Shown here in pieces: positions 63,381 to 64,000 of a DNA stretch of 64,000 nt (the first letter of the stretch is position 1; every line of letters starts with the position of its first letter). The notes under the pieces are model-generated. The model did not search any database, had not been told where the DNA came from, and was given only the letters and a program-made list of their open reading frames with translations. The stretch is from assembly GCA_951406725.2 (NCBI GenBank), contig OX597822.1:19344001-19408000 (forward strand), given 5' to 3'. The stretch is from Octopus vulgaris (lineage: Eukaryota). Made by a program: the position numbers and the translations under genes.

Positions 63381-64000
63381 CATATAGATAGTTGAAATTT
63401 ACAGAAAAACAAAAGACAAAGACAGGTGTATGAACAACAAGCAGGGGTATTTGGCATTTGGGAAATTGAGAAAGTCTTTTACGTTTCAATCCAAGGAATA
63501 ACAGAATACAAACAGAGAGAGAATAAAAAAACTTGTAGATTTAGTGATCAAGCATGGCAACTGGTTGGGAAAAGAGAGGTTTGACAGGAGAGGTAGAAAG
63601 AAGGGGAGATGATAAAGTATTGGTGATCCCAAAACAAAGGTGCACATGCATGTGTGTATGTGAGAATGTGTAAGTGTGTGTGTGTGTGGATAGGGGCTAA
63701 TGTCTTAGATGTATGGATGTGTGTGTGGATGATGGTGTGTGGGTCTGCAGATGATGGTGTGTGGTGTGGGTACTGGGAAGTGGTCAGTGCTGGTGTGTGT
63801 GGAGTGGTGTGATGCAATGTGGCGATAGGGTGGGGTGGGACGGGGGTGTGGGGGTATATGTTAGGGGTGTGTGGGTGTAAGGTGTGGATGGAGGGGGTAT
63901 CATTGAAGAGAGAATGTGGATAGGAGTGAAGAGAGGAAGTAGGTCTCAGAGCAAGAGAGGAGAGGAGGGGAGTTGAGCCCATGTTCACAGCAAAGGCAGG

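Overview
AT-rich, microsatellite-dense metazoan genomic DNA, not prokaryotic. The repeat inventory suggests an octopus/coleoid cephalopod (inference). Two host genes are supported, arranged convergently. (1) A spliced AURKAIP1/mS38-like mitochondrial small-subunit ribosomal protein gene on + (coding exons 20542-20596 and 20759-21378, 224 aa; probable non-coding first exon ending at 13543). (2) The last three coding exons of an SHC-family adaptor (end of CH1 plus SH2 domain) on - (33386-33552, 32600-32731, 27876-28004); its upstream exons were not found. The rest is mostly transposon debris: two long RTE LINE copies, CR1-group LINEs, R4/Dong-like LINE fragments, full-length dead mariner and maT-like DNA transposons, several MITE families, three tRNA-derived SINE families, a decayed C2H2 zinc-finger array and a 100-N gap. 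The most unusual signal is a dispersed set of minimal type I hammerhead-ribozyme motifs of several sequence families, one directly downstream of a Penelope-like GIY-YIG remnant, often in inverted pairs beside (TA)n tracts. A LINE/SINE pair also shares a 3' tail whose stem-loop covaries. Repeat boundaries were read by eye and are approximate.
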